Part shown: positions 36,655-48,744 of the stretch, one piece after another
Layout of the letters: each line of letters begins with the position of its first letter
How positions within the stretch are numbered: position 1 is the first letter of the stretch
NCBI RefSeq assembly: GCF_023055435.1
Contig: NW_025963879.1
Span: forward strand, 558,001 to 622,000
Length of the DNA: 64,000 nucleotides
Reading direction: 5' to 3'
Source of the DNA: Haliotis rufescens
Taxonomy: Eukaryota
The notes under the pieces: generated by a model
The model's input: only the letters and a program-made list of their open reading frames with translations
What the model was told of the DNA's origin: nothing
Database searches by the model: none
Made by a program: the position numbers and the translations under genes

Positions 36655-39520
36655 TAAAAAATGATGATGATGATGATGATGATGATATGGAATGTAGATT
36701 ATTGAATTATCAGTGGATGCCCAGCTTTGGCACAAACTACATGATGGTGTAGCTTGATCATTTTATTACCGTCTTCGCCATGCTTGTGGTTTTGACAAAG
36801 AGGTCCACCCTTGTTACGACTCGGAATATGTAGAGGGCGTCATGGAAAATGACAAATACAAATTCTTTGGAATAGGCCCATTTACAGCCTTAGACCAACA
36901 AATCTGATCTTGTTCTTTTTGATAAATCCAATGAGATCATTTATATCATTGAATTTTCTGTCCCCTTTGACACTAATGTGAATGACAAGACTAAGGAAAA
37001 ACATGGCAAATATGCGGACCTCGCTTTCGAAATGTCACGCTTGCATCCCAAGTACCAAGTTGTCCGACTCCCCATTGTGCCTTAGGTTTGGTACCTCCCA
37101 ATCTGTTGACTGACATTGGGAGAGTACCCGGGTTTGCTACCAGGAATACAGCCCTTCTGACGATCTGGGTAATGCAGAAGGCTGCAGTGTTGCGGAGTCT
37201 TCACATTCTCCGAAAAGTTCTGGGTGGGTTTGACTATGCAGCGCTTCCTGGGAGAAGTCCCATTCGCTGTCTGGGCTGCGTGTAGAGGGGGCAAGGGCGC
37301 TGGGCTGATGATGAGCCTAACCAGCCTGACTGTGCCAGAATCACCCAAACCCTCTTTGGTGCATATTTATATCTTAATCTGTACATGGTAATAACTAAAA
37401 CCGATTACACTGTATCTGTGTAAATGTTCATGCGTTTCCAATGTAGTGAAACAGAAATGAATCAGAGAGAAAAATATTCAGTCATTTTGAGAACATCATA
37501 ATGATCTTCAGAGTAACCTCATTATTACTTCCGAGTAGAACGATTGAGAGTAATAACTTTCCGATATTTGCACATGATAACATTTCGTCATCTAAACAAT
37601 AGTTTGACTTGATGTCACAATGAGTAATATACAGAATAACTCAAATCTCGGATTTACGGTAAAGCTACCAGTTGTTATTGAATACAAGTTTCCTCGTACT
37701 TGACGTGGGCCTTACACTATTCCTTCATTCGCTACGCACAATCAGATTCAGATATTAAATCGTTGGTTATTCTCTGAATATTATACATACGCAGTGCCCA
37801 TGAGCTGAGCACAATTGTTGGGTACGGAGACAGTTGTTGTTGAGGTGACGACGCCCGTGCACACAGTATTTCCCGAAGTGGGGTCCACGACCCTGACGAC
37901 GCCGGGGTTGGTGGTGCAGTCTGTCACAGCGGTACCGCCGAGAATCCTGGTAACGGTAGACTGTGTGGTCGCCGTCGTTGGGCAGACTAGAACAGAGTTC
38001 AGAAATGTATTGACCAATATGTAAGTCACTTGCGCATACGACTTCATTCGCACCGAGAAAAAAGTCCATATTTATTGATGCTACAACAGCCTCCTTTGTT
38101 ACCCGAGTAGGGAGAATTTCCGATTATGGAGAGATTGTTTAGGGAGGTTTGTCAAGGGTAAAGTGACATAAGAGATTACTGATATGACCGACAACGGTGC
38201 TGTTTTTTATGTTTTTATTACTGTCTTCTTTAAAATGTTTTTTTGGAACTAGACATCCGTTTGGGGCGAATTTCGGTTTATAAGCGAAGTCAGTAGCATG
38301 GGCAACAAGCCTAAGGCAATTGTAAGGGCTACAACGGATAATATATATGGTTTTAAGATAGTGTCTTAATGTGATACAGGATAAAATAGGCCGATCATAA
38401 TAGAGCACGTTTACTGCACTTACATCGTGTTACAACAGTGGTAGTTGGGGTGGTGGTTGTAGTTGTAGTTACTGTAGTAGTAGCAGTTGTGGTCGTTGCA
38501 GTTGTGGTTGTAGCAGTTGTAGTTGTAGCAGCTGCAGTAGTAGCAGCTGCAGTAGTAGCAGCAGTAGTAGTTGTTGGAGTTGTGGTAGTAGTAGTTGTAG
38601 TAGTAGTAGTAGTAGTAGTGGTCGTAGTAGTAGTGGTGGTCGTTGTTGTGGTCGTGGTGGTTGTTGTAGCTGCTGGTGCAGCTGTTGTTGCTGCTGCAGT
38701 TGCTGGTACGTTGGAACACGAGGATTGGTAGGAGCTGCAGAGGCACTGGATCTTGCATGAATGATACCAGAAGTTACCAGGATAGAAAGGCATCGTGTTG
38801 AAATAGAAGTAGTTGTTTCCTGCAGGGTTAAGAAATATGGTTTCAGTAACTCTTGTAATAAAACATGATTTTACGCCGCTTTTAGCAATATTCCAACAAT
38901 TTCTCGGCATGGGACACCAGGAACATGTTTGACCCATGTAAAGAATATAGCCCAGGTCTTCAGCACGATGAGCGAACGCTTTAACCACTGGGCTACCCAA
39001 CCGCCTATTTTCGGCCGATATCAGTATAAGTCAGTATTAGTTAATATACATAAATCTCCAATTGCTTGTCGTAAGAACCGACTAAAGGAGTGTGAATGAT
39101 CAGGTTTGGTGGCTGGACTGATTGCATATGATCTTGCAATTTATTAGTTTTATTTTAAGTGTGTAGCATTTGTTTTCCCCCGAACATTTATATTAAATAG
39201 TATCGGTTCATAAATGAGTGTGATATTCAAATGTATGTAAATTCAATACTAACATGTCGAAAGCTATTCATCTAATATTCCTTCTTTGAAAAGTACGTGT
39301 AATTCTTACTTGTTCTGCTGTATCTTTTGTAGTAACGGCAGTCGGCGATGTCGTTAGCACAGCATTGACCAGAAGTATCCAGCCAACACGATCTGATGTC
39401 TCTGGTCTTTTTGCTCACGTCAATGGCTCTCAAGAATGTTTGTCTCTTGAAAAATGCATTTCTGTTTGCCGCGTATGTGACGGCTGCAAACGTCGCCAGT
39501 AGAAGGACCAGCTTCAACAT
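34113..39520 (-). CDS. Subfamily B paralog B3: secreted serine-protease homolog with Cys/aromatic domain, long Thr linker and basic C-terminal tail, ~482 aa, 7 exons
   Basis: complement(join(39310..39520,38424..38819,37791..37986,36502..36560,35589..35750,35039..35193,34113..34382)). 1449 nt in frame; the last acceptor is AAG. Signal peptide MLKLVLLLATFAAVTYA. Motifs VTR|ILGG, VCTGVV..PNNC, STCGGDSGAPIMC. Confidence 0.87.
35879..36194 (-). mobile_element. tRNA(Leu-like) SINE with 10-bp TSD, (ACTC)n tail and 5' poly-G run, in intron 4 of B3
   Basis: TSD tggtcttcgt at 35869-35878 and 36195-36204. Absent from intron 4 of B1 and B2. Confidence 0.85.
36603..36686. repeat. Compound microsatellite (AAT)n + (GAT)n
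   Basis: Directly visible in the sequence. Confidence 0.95.
36690..37370 (+). mobile_element. R4/Dong-like (restriction-like endonuclease) non-LTR fragment in intron 3 of B3
   Basis: IISGCPALAQT and DLVLFDKSNEIIYIIEFSVPFD...KEKHGKYADL (RLE domain). Lies next to (TAA)n(GAT)n and is absent from B1 and B2. Confidence 0.65.
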
Positions 39521-39574
39521 GTTTGATCCGTCTGTGTGTGTTGGACTCGAAAATGGCATTTCGAAGAAGAATCT

Positions 39575-39581
39575 ATTTATA
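39575..39581 (-). promoter_or_regulatory. TATA box of B3
   Basis: TATAAAT 55 nt upstream of the ATG at 39520, similar spacing to subfamily A. B1 and B2 read TATACAAT at the equivalent place. Confidence 0.6.
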
Positions 39582-39654
39582 TATTAAAACGATAATAATC
39601 ATAATAATCATAATAATCATAATCATAATCATAAAAATCTATCTATAATCCATC

Positions 39655-40165
39655 TGAACGATCACTGCATCGAGTTTATGTTCAGTGTGTTGAAAAGGTC
39701 AGCAACCCTGCAGAGTCCTTCGCTTGGATGAGGTCGGCTGGCCTGAAAAGTGAAACAGAATGCTTTCTGTTTGCTGCTCAGGACCAGTCATTTCCCACTC
39801 GAAACCGTCAATGTGTGATTTTGCATCAAAATGTAAATATGAAATGTAGATTATGTAATGAATTTAATGAGACTGTCCAACACATTGTCAGTGGATGCCC
39901 AGCTTTGGCACAAACACACCATCTTAAGCGTACCAAGTTGTCCGACTCCCCATTGTTCTTGGTGCCTTAGGTTTGGCACCTCCCATTATGTTGACTTACA
40001 TTCGGAGCGTACCCGGGTTTGCTACCTCATGTTGTCGAGTCTTTACATTCTCTGAAATGGTCTGGATGGGTTTGACTAGGCAGCGCTTCCTTGGGGAATG
40101 CCCTGGGCTGATGATGAGCCTGACCAGCCTGACTGTGCCAGGATCACCCAAATCCTCATTGTTAC
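39655..40165 (+). mobile_element. R4/Dong-like non-LTR fragment just upstream of B3
   Basis: WMRSAGLKSETECFLFAAQDQ...CRLCNEFNETVQHIVSGCPALAQ (CCHC region). Its 3' part is shared with 37050-37360. Confidence 0.7.
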
Positions 40166-42774
40166 ATTTTTTTTGGTTTTAATCTGTAGTTCATAATACA
40201 CATTATCATTCTCAACATTATTAGTCCAAACGGTTTTAGGTGTATGAGTGAGTATATTTTCCGCAGCTTTAAGCTATAATATCCGAGTAGTGTCACTACG
40301 TGGAATCGGAAAGGGTCTGTGGCGTGATGAGCGATAATTGTATAACAACGAGATACACCATAAAGCGACAATTAGAGAGAGCATAACAAATGCACCATTA
40401 CCAACATCAATAGTTCAATGTCTATGTTAAGGCAAGCTTTGACATCTGAAATATTTCCATTATCGTCTCAGTTATGTACAGTTTGGCTCTTCCGGGGACA
40501 TGCACAGTTCCCGTGCACGTTGTTAGTGCCGATTGAAATGAGTATTGGATGGCGACCTTGGCACCAAACTGATCATACTTCCCTTTGTTGATTCTTTTTG
40601 TACCCAAAGGGGCTGCTGAACCCAATAAATATTTTAAAGAAATTTCATATTAAGAAAATAAATCAAAATATACGTTGCGCGTGGAAAGTTTAAAATCAAG
40701 AAGAATTGTGAAATAACTTCATGTGATATGTACAGTTGTTCCATAAAAAGAAAGAAAAGGTGAGACTGTCACCGCGCCCCGACGGCATGGGTCACTACTC
40801 TTGCTATCAACCAGTGATATGTCTTGGCTAGGTGCAGTTATTTACAAAACAACGTTCTACGTGTATCTCTGTAGTATTGGTAACTACTAGCATACATTAA
40901 AACAATATTCACTGTGTTACTCATTTACTCATAATCTGCAGTTTTGGTGATCTAACTGTCCATACATTGTAATATATGATGTTCAAGTTTACCTTTTGAT
41001 TCCAAACATTCATTTAGTGAGAAAACAGTTGCCAAATATCATGAGACGAAACAGTTTACTTACCAAAATGTGAACTGACTGTCAAGATGAAAGATGTCTT
41101 CGTCGACTAATGGTTCAGAACGGAATCTCAGCCCTTATATACAAGTCAAATGTGAGCAAGAACCAAAGACGCATCACGTGGTACACGCTGAGACAAAACG
41201 TCTTCTCTGACACAAGACAAAACAGTTAGACGTGATAACCTTCAATTGAATGAAATTTTATGAAAGTAAGTTTACACCTGGAAGGTAAAATTCCGCTTGG
41301 TCTAAGTGCAATTGTCTAGTCAGCACTGCACGAATTTGTTATACAGAAGAGATCGCGGCGCCAGGCATGGCTTTGTTTTTATAATGATTTTTAAACAATG
41401 CACCAACGTGACGTCTGAATAACCCTCGCTTTGTCTGAAGCGTTGGCGCGTCTCTTTACATAGCAGTTTACATTTTGTGACACAGTCCTATGGTATTGAG
41501 TATGAAGAAAGTAGAGAACGACCATTAGGCAATATATGGCACGTAATTATGTATAATCACATAACGTTTTCTTTAGAAACAGTAATTCGGCGATACTGAA
41601 AGGTTTTCCTGCGGTTTTAATTTCATTATCCAGATTAAGAGAACATTCTAATATGTTGACGTATTTCAAATCGAGACGAATTCGGGTATTGTTTTCTAAT
41701 ATTTTATGTGATATATTGAGTCAATTAGTGCAGGATATTGATGGAATTTACACAGACGAGTGGTAAGTATATATGTAAGTTCATACGCTTCTCATTATCG
41801 AGATATATTGCAAGTTATAGTTATCAGAAAATGTATGTAAATTTATAACATGGCACATTTGTTTGTCCTCTGTATTTTGATGATCATGTTTCTAGAGTGT
41901 CAATTTATGCGATAAATAGATAGTTTATGTTATAGAAGATACCGTTACTGTTACCGAAACACATTCAAAATAGCTATTGTATTTGAACAAGTTATTGTTG
42001 CCTGTCGTGCATAACAAATTGTACATATGAAAATTAGTTATGACCAAAACATTATAAACGTTATCAACACGGTACTTGTCTGAAAAAAGCCGTCGAAACA
42101 CTGTAAACGTGAGATTCAAAACACAACAACGATCCCCGTATCACATACCATCGAATAAACATTTCTTCTTCGTTTCATTTTTAGCCACCATCAAACAAAG
42201 GTGTACACGTTATTTTGCCCGACATTTTAGAACTCATTCATGAGTCATTAGGAATAATGTTAAAAAATATATTTAGTTATATATGTATTTTACGTTCATA
42301 ATTTATTTATCTATTTATATATTTCTTTATTTATTTGCTTTTTAATAAACACAATTGCAATAGAGACTAGAGAGAGTGAATAAAATCAGTAATGTAAGAT
42401 AGATATTAATCAGCATTGCATTTTTACTGTGTTTAATCACATGAGATATGACTATTAGTTTGGTGTGACGTGTGTGACCACTGATACACATGTACCCATC
42501 GATATCAGTACATCTAACATTATTGAAGAACCATGGGTGTCATCACTGAGTTTCAGTGGTCCATTCCTATATTTTTCACAGCTATTGTGTTCTTTACACC
42601 AAATGGAATCTGTTTCGGCAGATGATCAGGAGTGATTATTCTCTTCCATTGAAATCTATATTTTCACCAGTCTGGAAGTGGACTATCACTGGTGTGCCTT
42701 TGTGATTTCCTTCCACACTAAGCTGCCAGATCGTGATAGAAATAAAATTCAGGTTCAAAGTGATTTTAAATTCA

Positions 42775-43345
42775 AACATGAGTAACAGTGGCTTTAAATA
42801 AAACATCACAAAACGTGTCTTTTAATCTAACACTAGTAACAGTTGCTTTAAATCCAACATCACCGAAAGTGGCTTTTAATCTAATACTAGTAACAGTGGC
42901 TTTAAATCCAACATCAACAAAAGTGGCTTTGAATCTAACACTAGTAACAGTGGCTTTAAATCCAACATCACCAAAAGTTGCTTTGAATCTAACACTAGTA
43001 ACAGTGGCTTTAAATCCAACATCAACAAAAGTGGCTTTTAATCTAACACTAGTAACAGAGGTTTTAAATCCAACATCACATTACTTGGCTTTTAATCCAA
43101 CACCGCTAACAGTGTCTTTAAATCCTACATCACAAATAACACTAAAAACACCAGAAATATTGGCTTTAAATCAAACACAAGTAACAGTGGCTTGAAATCC
43201 AACATTAGTAAAGATGTTTTTTAATCCAACACAAGTGACAGTGGCTTTAAATCCAACACATGTGACAGCGGCTTTAAATCCAACACAAGTGATAGTGGCC
43301 GTAAATCCAACATGAGTAAAGGTGGCTTAAATTCCAACATCAACT
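42775..43345. repeat. 27-bp minisatellite (GTGGCTTTAAATCCAACATCACCAAAA / GTGGCTTTTAATCTAACACTAGTAACA variants)
   Basis: About 20 tandem 27-bp units, partly alternating to give a 54-bp higher-order repeat. Confidence 0.9.
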
Positions 43346-44202
43346 GGCAGAATGATGACTCCATGTGTTAGTTCGTTCCCGATTATATAAAATTGCGATG
43401 TTTAGAAATACATCTCTTGCCCAGGCTTCATAAGCCTAGACCAAACATATATGAACGTTGTCGATTGTCCAGAGCGAATGTAGTAGCATATCAGTACGGT
43501 ACATCATTACATGTACACCACTATGTCATTGTGACTGAACTATCACACATGTTCAGTCATATGTTCATGGGGAAACGAAACAATGTTCATGTTCCTAATA
43601 TGTGTCACTCCTCTCGTGTATCATGCCAAAATGAAACCAGGAATCCCGGTGCTTGTTTAAAGCGAGTATGTAACTTCTGAAGCCAGTGGTATATGGCACC
43701 TTTCTCATAGTATCCATTATTGGTTACCAATATTAATATGCGTGGATTTAAATATTTATTGGCATCCGTGAGGGGTTTCAGTCCAGGTTCGAACCCAGAA
43801 AATGGTCATATTTGTGTTTATGCTTATATACGTGTAATATCCAGTCTATTTAGATATTGTCATGAGTGTGGTCATCAGATTAGTTTGAAGTGAATAGAGC
43901 TTGTAGGAGAACAGATATAAATTACAACAATTAGGAAAAAAATATTTATTAAAATCATACTCTTCGCAATTGCTAAAACAACCAAATACAAACAACACAT
44001 ATTTTTCATAATCAACAACATATTTCCACTAATGGAGAATAGTCACATCTATCTTAACACCTTGTTAAAACATGCACAGGAAAACGTTGAAACTTGCACG
44101 TGTGCACTGTGCACACAAGACATACCATATGACAATAACCAATAATAAACAACTCCGAGTAAACACACATGAAGTAAAAAGTCCTTTCATGTGTTAAACC
44201 AT

Positions 44203-47200
44203 CTAGCCAAGAGTAATCTTGGGTTTACCAAGAATAACTCGGGTTGCTTTTCTGCCGGTGCCAAGGACAATCTTATGTTTGTTAAATCTCCTGAACGGCT
44301 GGTAGCCCAACAGAATAGACCCTTTCCCTCTACGTTCCACTCTGATAGCCGCAGCCTCCAGATTGTAGAAGCCAACGATGTCGGTGCCGTCGCAGGGCAT
44401 GTTCTCAGCCTGACCGATGACGACAATTTCTCCGGTGGTAAGGGGACACATCACAGGGGCTCCAGCATCACCCTGAATAATACATTACGTAAGGTTAGCA
44501 TATAAAAGCGATGAGAAATATTTGAAATAATCACATTAAATCTCTGCTGAAAGTCCATTGTACTAGAATATCCATAGCATGTGTTTATGAATCACTATCA
44601 GATGGTGATGGTTTCAGGGGTTCGTGAAAAGTATGCTGCCCCACCGGTGGCACTCGTTACAAACTAATACAAAGACACGTCAATATTTATCTTAAAACAC
44701 ACGGGAAAGTATGATACAAGTTTATATATGGAATTGCATTGGACAAAATGTTGGTCGCTGGTCAAATTTGGCATGTCTTTTACACAGGTATCAGTAACAC
44801 AAGGCTTTCTGCTGCAATCATGCATTGGATGTTAGTTAATGTGAGGAAGTGCGTTGTGTTATATGTACGTACACCACAGGTAGAAGATCCTGTATTGAAG
44901 AAACAGTTGTACGTAAGACCAGTGTCAAAGAGGACGGCTTGACCAGACGCCTGCAGGAGGGCGGGACAATCGGCGGTGGGCTGGAGACTTGGCACGGTGT
45001 AGGAGGATAATGTTGCGGGGTTCGTGCCTGAAAAGAAACACATACTGAAAATTGAATAAAATGTGAAACATTGCTAACTGGGTTCGAATCCCGGACTTCA
45101 AACATCCTATGAATTCTTTTCTTGATCAGTATGTTATTTTTCTCAATCCCCTTTTGTAAAAATGTGCCAGCCTACTCAATGGTGGAAATCTTAACATTTG
45201 AAAATTCGACTAACGCCCTCGGGTCTAAATGAAATTTCCGGTCATCAAATACCCTATAACACCCGCAAATCAGAAAACACGTCACATTTATTTACTGATT
45301 AGCATATCCATTGCGTGACAGCTGAACTAGCTTAAGTTAACATCGATGGACGGGGTATAAAGTTAACCGAGGAAAACAAATCAGATTGAAAGATCATAGG
45401 CATTAACAGTTTCTTCCTAATTTTGTCAAAATCCTTTCTTAAACCAGTATTATGTACCTGCAAAATCGTCATGTCCAGCACCAACAACGACGCAGCTTGT
45501 GAGGTCAATGTTGTCGACCATGGCAGCGTCATAGATGCATGCAACGCCAGGGCAACTCGTGGAGCTGATAGGTGTGGTCAGAGTGATTTCGAACGGACCT
45601 CCTGTTGCGAGGGTGGTGGCTAGGAAATGGGACAATACATATGAATGCAAAACTAATGTAAATATAGAGTAAGCAAGGTTTAATGCCCAGTTTATCCCTA
45701 TTCTAGCCATATCAGTGCGGGAGGCATTGTACCGATGAGATACACCCTATCTTGGTATTTGATATGACGAGAGAGAGAGAGAGAGAGAGAGCGATTTAAT
45801 CAGTAGGCTGCCCTTCCAATTGATATTGTACTTGGTAGTTATTCTACCAGGGAAGTATATTTTCTTAATCTTATCACGAAATTGATGAATTATATTTTCG
45901 TTTGTCATTACATATTGTTGTCCTTTCTTTGAGAGCTACGCTTCAAAGTACCTGCACTGTCGTCTAAATCGATCCCTTGGTCATAGGTGTTAATTTTTGG
46001 GTCGGTGTTATTTTTCGTAAGTTCATGGATATTCCAGATATTAATGAAGATTTAGTTACTCGAGCAAAGGAAATAGTTCACTTACTGTCAATAACAGGTA
46101 GAGTTTCAATGACGGTGCCAGTGGTTGGGTCTTGTAGTTCAAGCCTAAAATTAAATCGATATGCATACCAATGTTAAAGAATATTTATCGCGGGGTCACT
46201 TTCTTCTTTGATTTGTTTATTCAAACCTCATTATTTTACCAACAATGAAATAATAATGGTAACTAAAAACGGTAACGCTGTATCTGTGAAAATATGTAGT
46301 GAAAAAGTACGAATGTATTAGAGAGAAAAATATTAAGTCATTATGAAAATATCAGAATGTACTTCAGAGAAAGCCTATTATTACTTCCGGGTAGAAGGAA
46401 TGAGAGTAATAACTTTCCGATATTGCACATTATGTAGCGTCATGAGATCACACATTGATAATATTACGTCATCTTAACAATAGTTTGACTTGAAGTCACA
46501 ATGAGTAATATACAGAATAACTCAAATCTCGGATTTACGATTTAGCTACGAGCTGTGATTGAATATAAGTTTCCTCGTACTTGACGTGAGCCTTACACCA
46601 TGCCTTCATTCGCTACGAACAATCAGACTCAACATTGGAATCGTTGGTTATTCTCTGAATACATACGCAGTGCCCATGAGCTGAGCGCAGTTGTTGGGTA
46701 CGGAGACAGTTGTTGTTGAGGTGACGACACCCGTGCACACAGTACTTCCCGAAGCGGGGTCCACGACCCTGACGACGCCGGGGTTGGTGGTGCAGTCTGT
46801 CACAGCGGTACCGCCGAGAATCCTGGTAACGGTAGACTGTGTGGTCGCCGTCGTTGGGCAGACTAGAATAGAGTTCAGAAATGTATTGACCAATATGTAA
46901 GTCACTTGCGCATACGACTTCATTCGCACCGAAAACAAAATACCAGTTTACTTTGAGCGCTAGATACTGAACTTATAAAGGTTATTACTGTCTCCTTTAA
47001 AAAATTGTCACCCGTTTCCGGTTAAGGAGGTGTCGGTTTAGAGAGGTTTGCCAAAGGAGCAAAAGACATGTCTGCTTCGACAGACAACAGCTGTGCGGGT
47101 TTTTTTTATTATAGCTATCTTCTATACCATTTTTGGTTGACATAACACCCGTTTAGGGTGAATATTGGTTTATAGAGAGGTCATTTTAGCGAGCATTGCA

Positions 47201-48744
47201 AAGGGCAATAAGGTAATCATCGTGTGATGCATACTTTGGGCACAATGCAATTACAAGGGCTACGTCGGATTATAAATTTGGTGTAAAGATGACGGTCAAG
47301 ATAGTATCGTTTTATTGTGAATGGATGATTTTAATAAGAATTGCTGAAGGTCCTATTTTAACAATGTGCGTTCGACAATGCCATGTTATTAACCATACTT
47401 TTTTAAATTTTATGATACAGCAATCGCAGTTAAATCCACTTACATCGTGTTACTACAGTAGTAGTCGGAGTGGTGGTTGTAGTTGTAGTCACTGTAGTGG
47501 TAGCAGTGGTCGTTGTCGCAGTTGTAGTTGTCGCAGTTGTAGTTGTAGCAGCCGTAGTAGTAGCAGTTGTTGTCGTAGCAGCTGTGGTAGTTGTTGCGGT
47601 AGTAGTGGTAGTCGTTGTGGTTGTTGTAGTTGCTGGTGCAGCTGTTGTTGCTGCTGCAGTTGCTGGTACGTTGGAACACGAGGATTGGTAGGAGCTACAG
47701 AGGCACTGGATCTTGCATGAAGAATACCAGAAGTTACCAGGATAGAAAGGCATCGTGTTGAAATAGAAGTAGTTGTTTCCTGCAGAGTAAAAGAATAATG
47801 TTTTCAATGGCGACGTTGGGTTCTTGTGAGTGAATATGATTTTATGCCAATAGTCCAACAATATCACGACTCGATACACCACAAATGGACTAGCCCATGT
47901 GAGAAATCGGACCCGGGTCTTCGGCCTGCCATCCGTACGCTTTAACAACTGGGCTTCCCATCGTCTCTTTCTGGTCGTTTCATAAGGGGATTGTAGTGTT
48001 ACAAAACAGACAGGCTACATACATGTATATACGGACAGCCGGTGCTCTACGTACATAGGGTTCGCTATAACAACGACCGGTAAACGTTTGTACCAAAGTC
48101 CTGTGTATCAATAAATCACTGTTTTCATCTTGCAATTTATTAGTTTTATTTAAATATGCAACAGTTGTTTCCCCCAAACATTCAAAGATAAAAGTATTGG
48201 TTTTTAACTGAGTGCTATATTCGGATGGTCTTGTCAAATTTCCTTTCATGCTCTTTATTAAATGTCAAATGGTTGCTTAACCGAACATTTCCAATTGGTT
48301 CAAATGAAAAGCACTTAAAACCTGTAAAAACATAACTATTTAAATTCAGTACTGAAATGTCGAGAACTATTTGTTTCATAATATTTGTATGTAGACAAAA
48401 ACCCACTGGTTCTGCTGTATCTGTTGTTGTTATGGCAGTCGGCGCAAAATAGCAAACGTATGTAAATTCAATAGTAACATGTCGAAAACATTTATCCAAT
48501 ATTACTTAAATGAAGTGTACATGTAATTCTTACTTGTTCTGCTGTATCTTTTGTAGTAACGGCAGTCGGCGATGTTGTTAGCACAGCATTGTCCCGAAGT
48601 ATCCAGCCAACACGATCTGATGTCTCTGGTCATTTTGCTCACGTCAGTGGCTCTCAAGAATGTTTGTCTCTTGAAAAATGCATTTCTGTTGGCCGCGTAT
48701 GTGACGACTGCAAACGTCGCCAGGAGAAGGACCAGCTTCAACAT
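44203..48744 (-). CDS. Subfamily B paralog B2: secreted S1 pseudoprotease, ~462 aa, 7 exons
   Basis: complement(join(48534..48744,47444..47779,46667..46862,46086..46144,45458..45619,44873..45027,44203..44472)). 1389 nt in frame, GT-AG introns. Motifs R|ILGG and STCGGDAGAPVMC. Confidence 0.88.

Noticed and set aside
39521-39559. Upstream in-frame ATG extending B3 by 13 aa
   Set aside because: It lies only ~15 nt from the TATA box, so it is probably upstream of the transcription start, and it is absent in B1 and B2.
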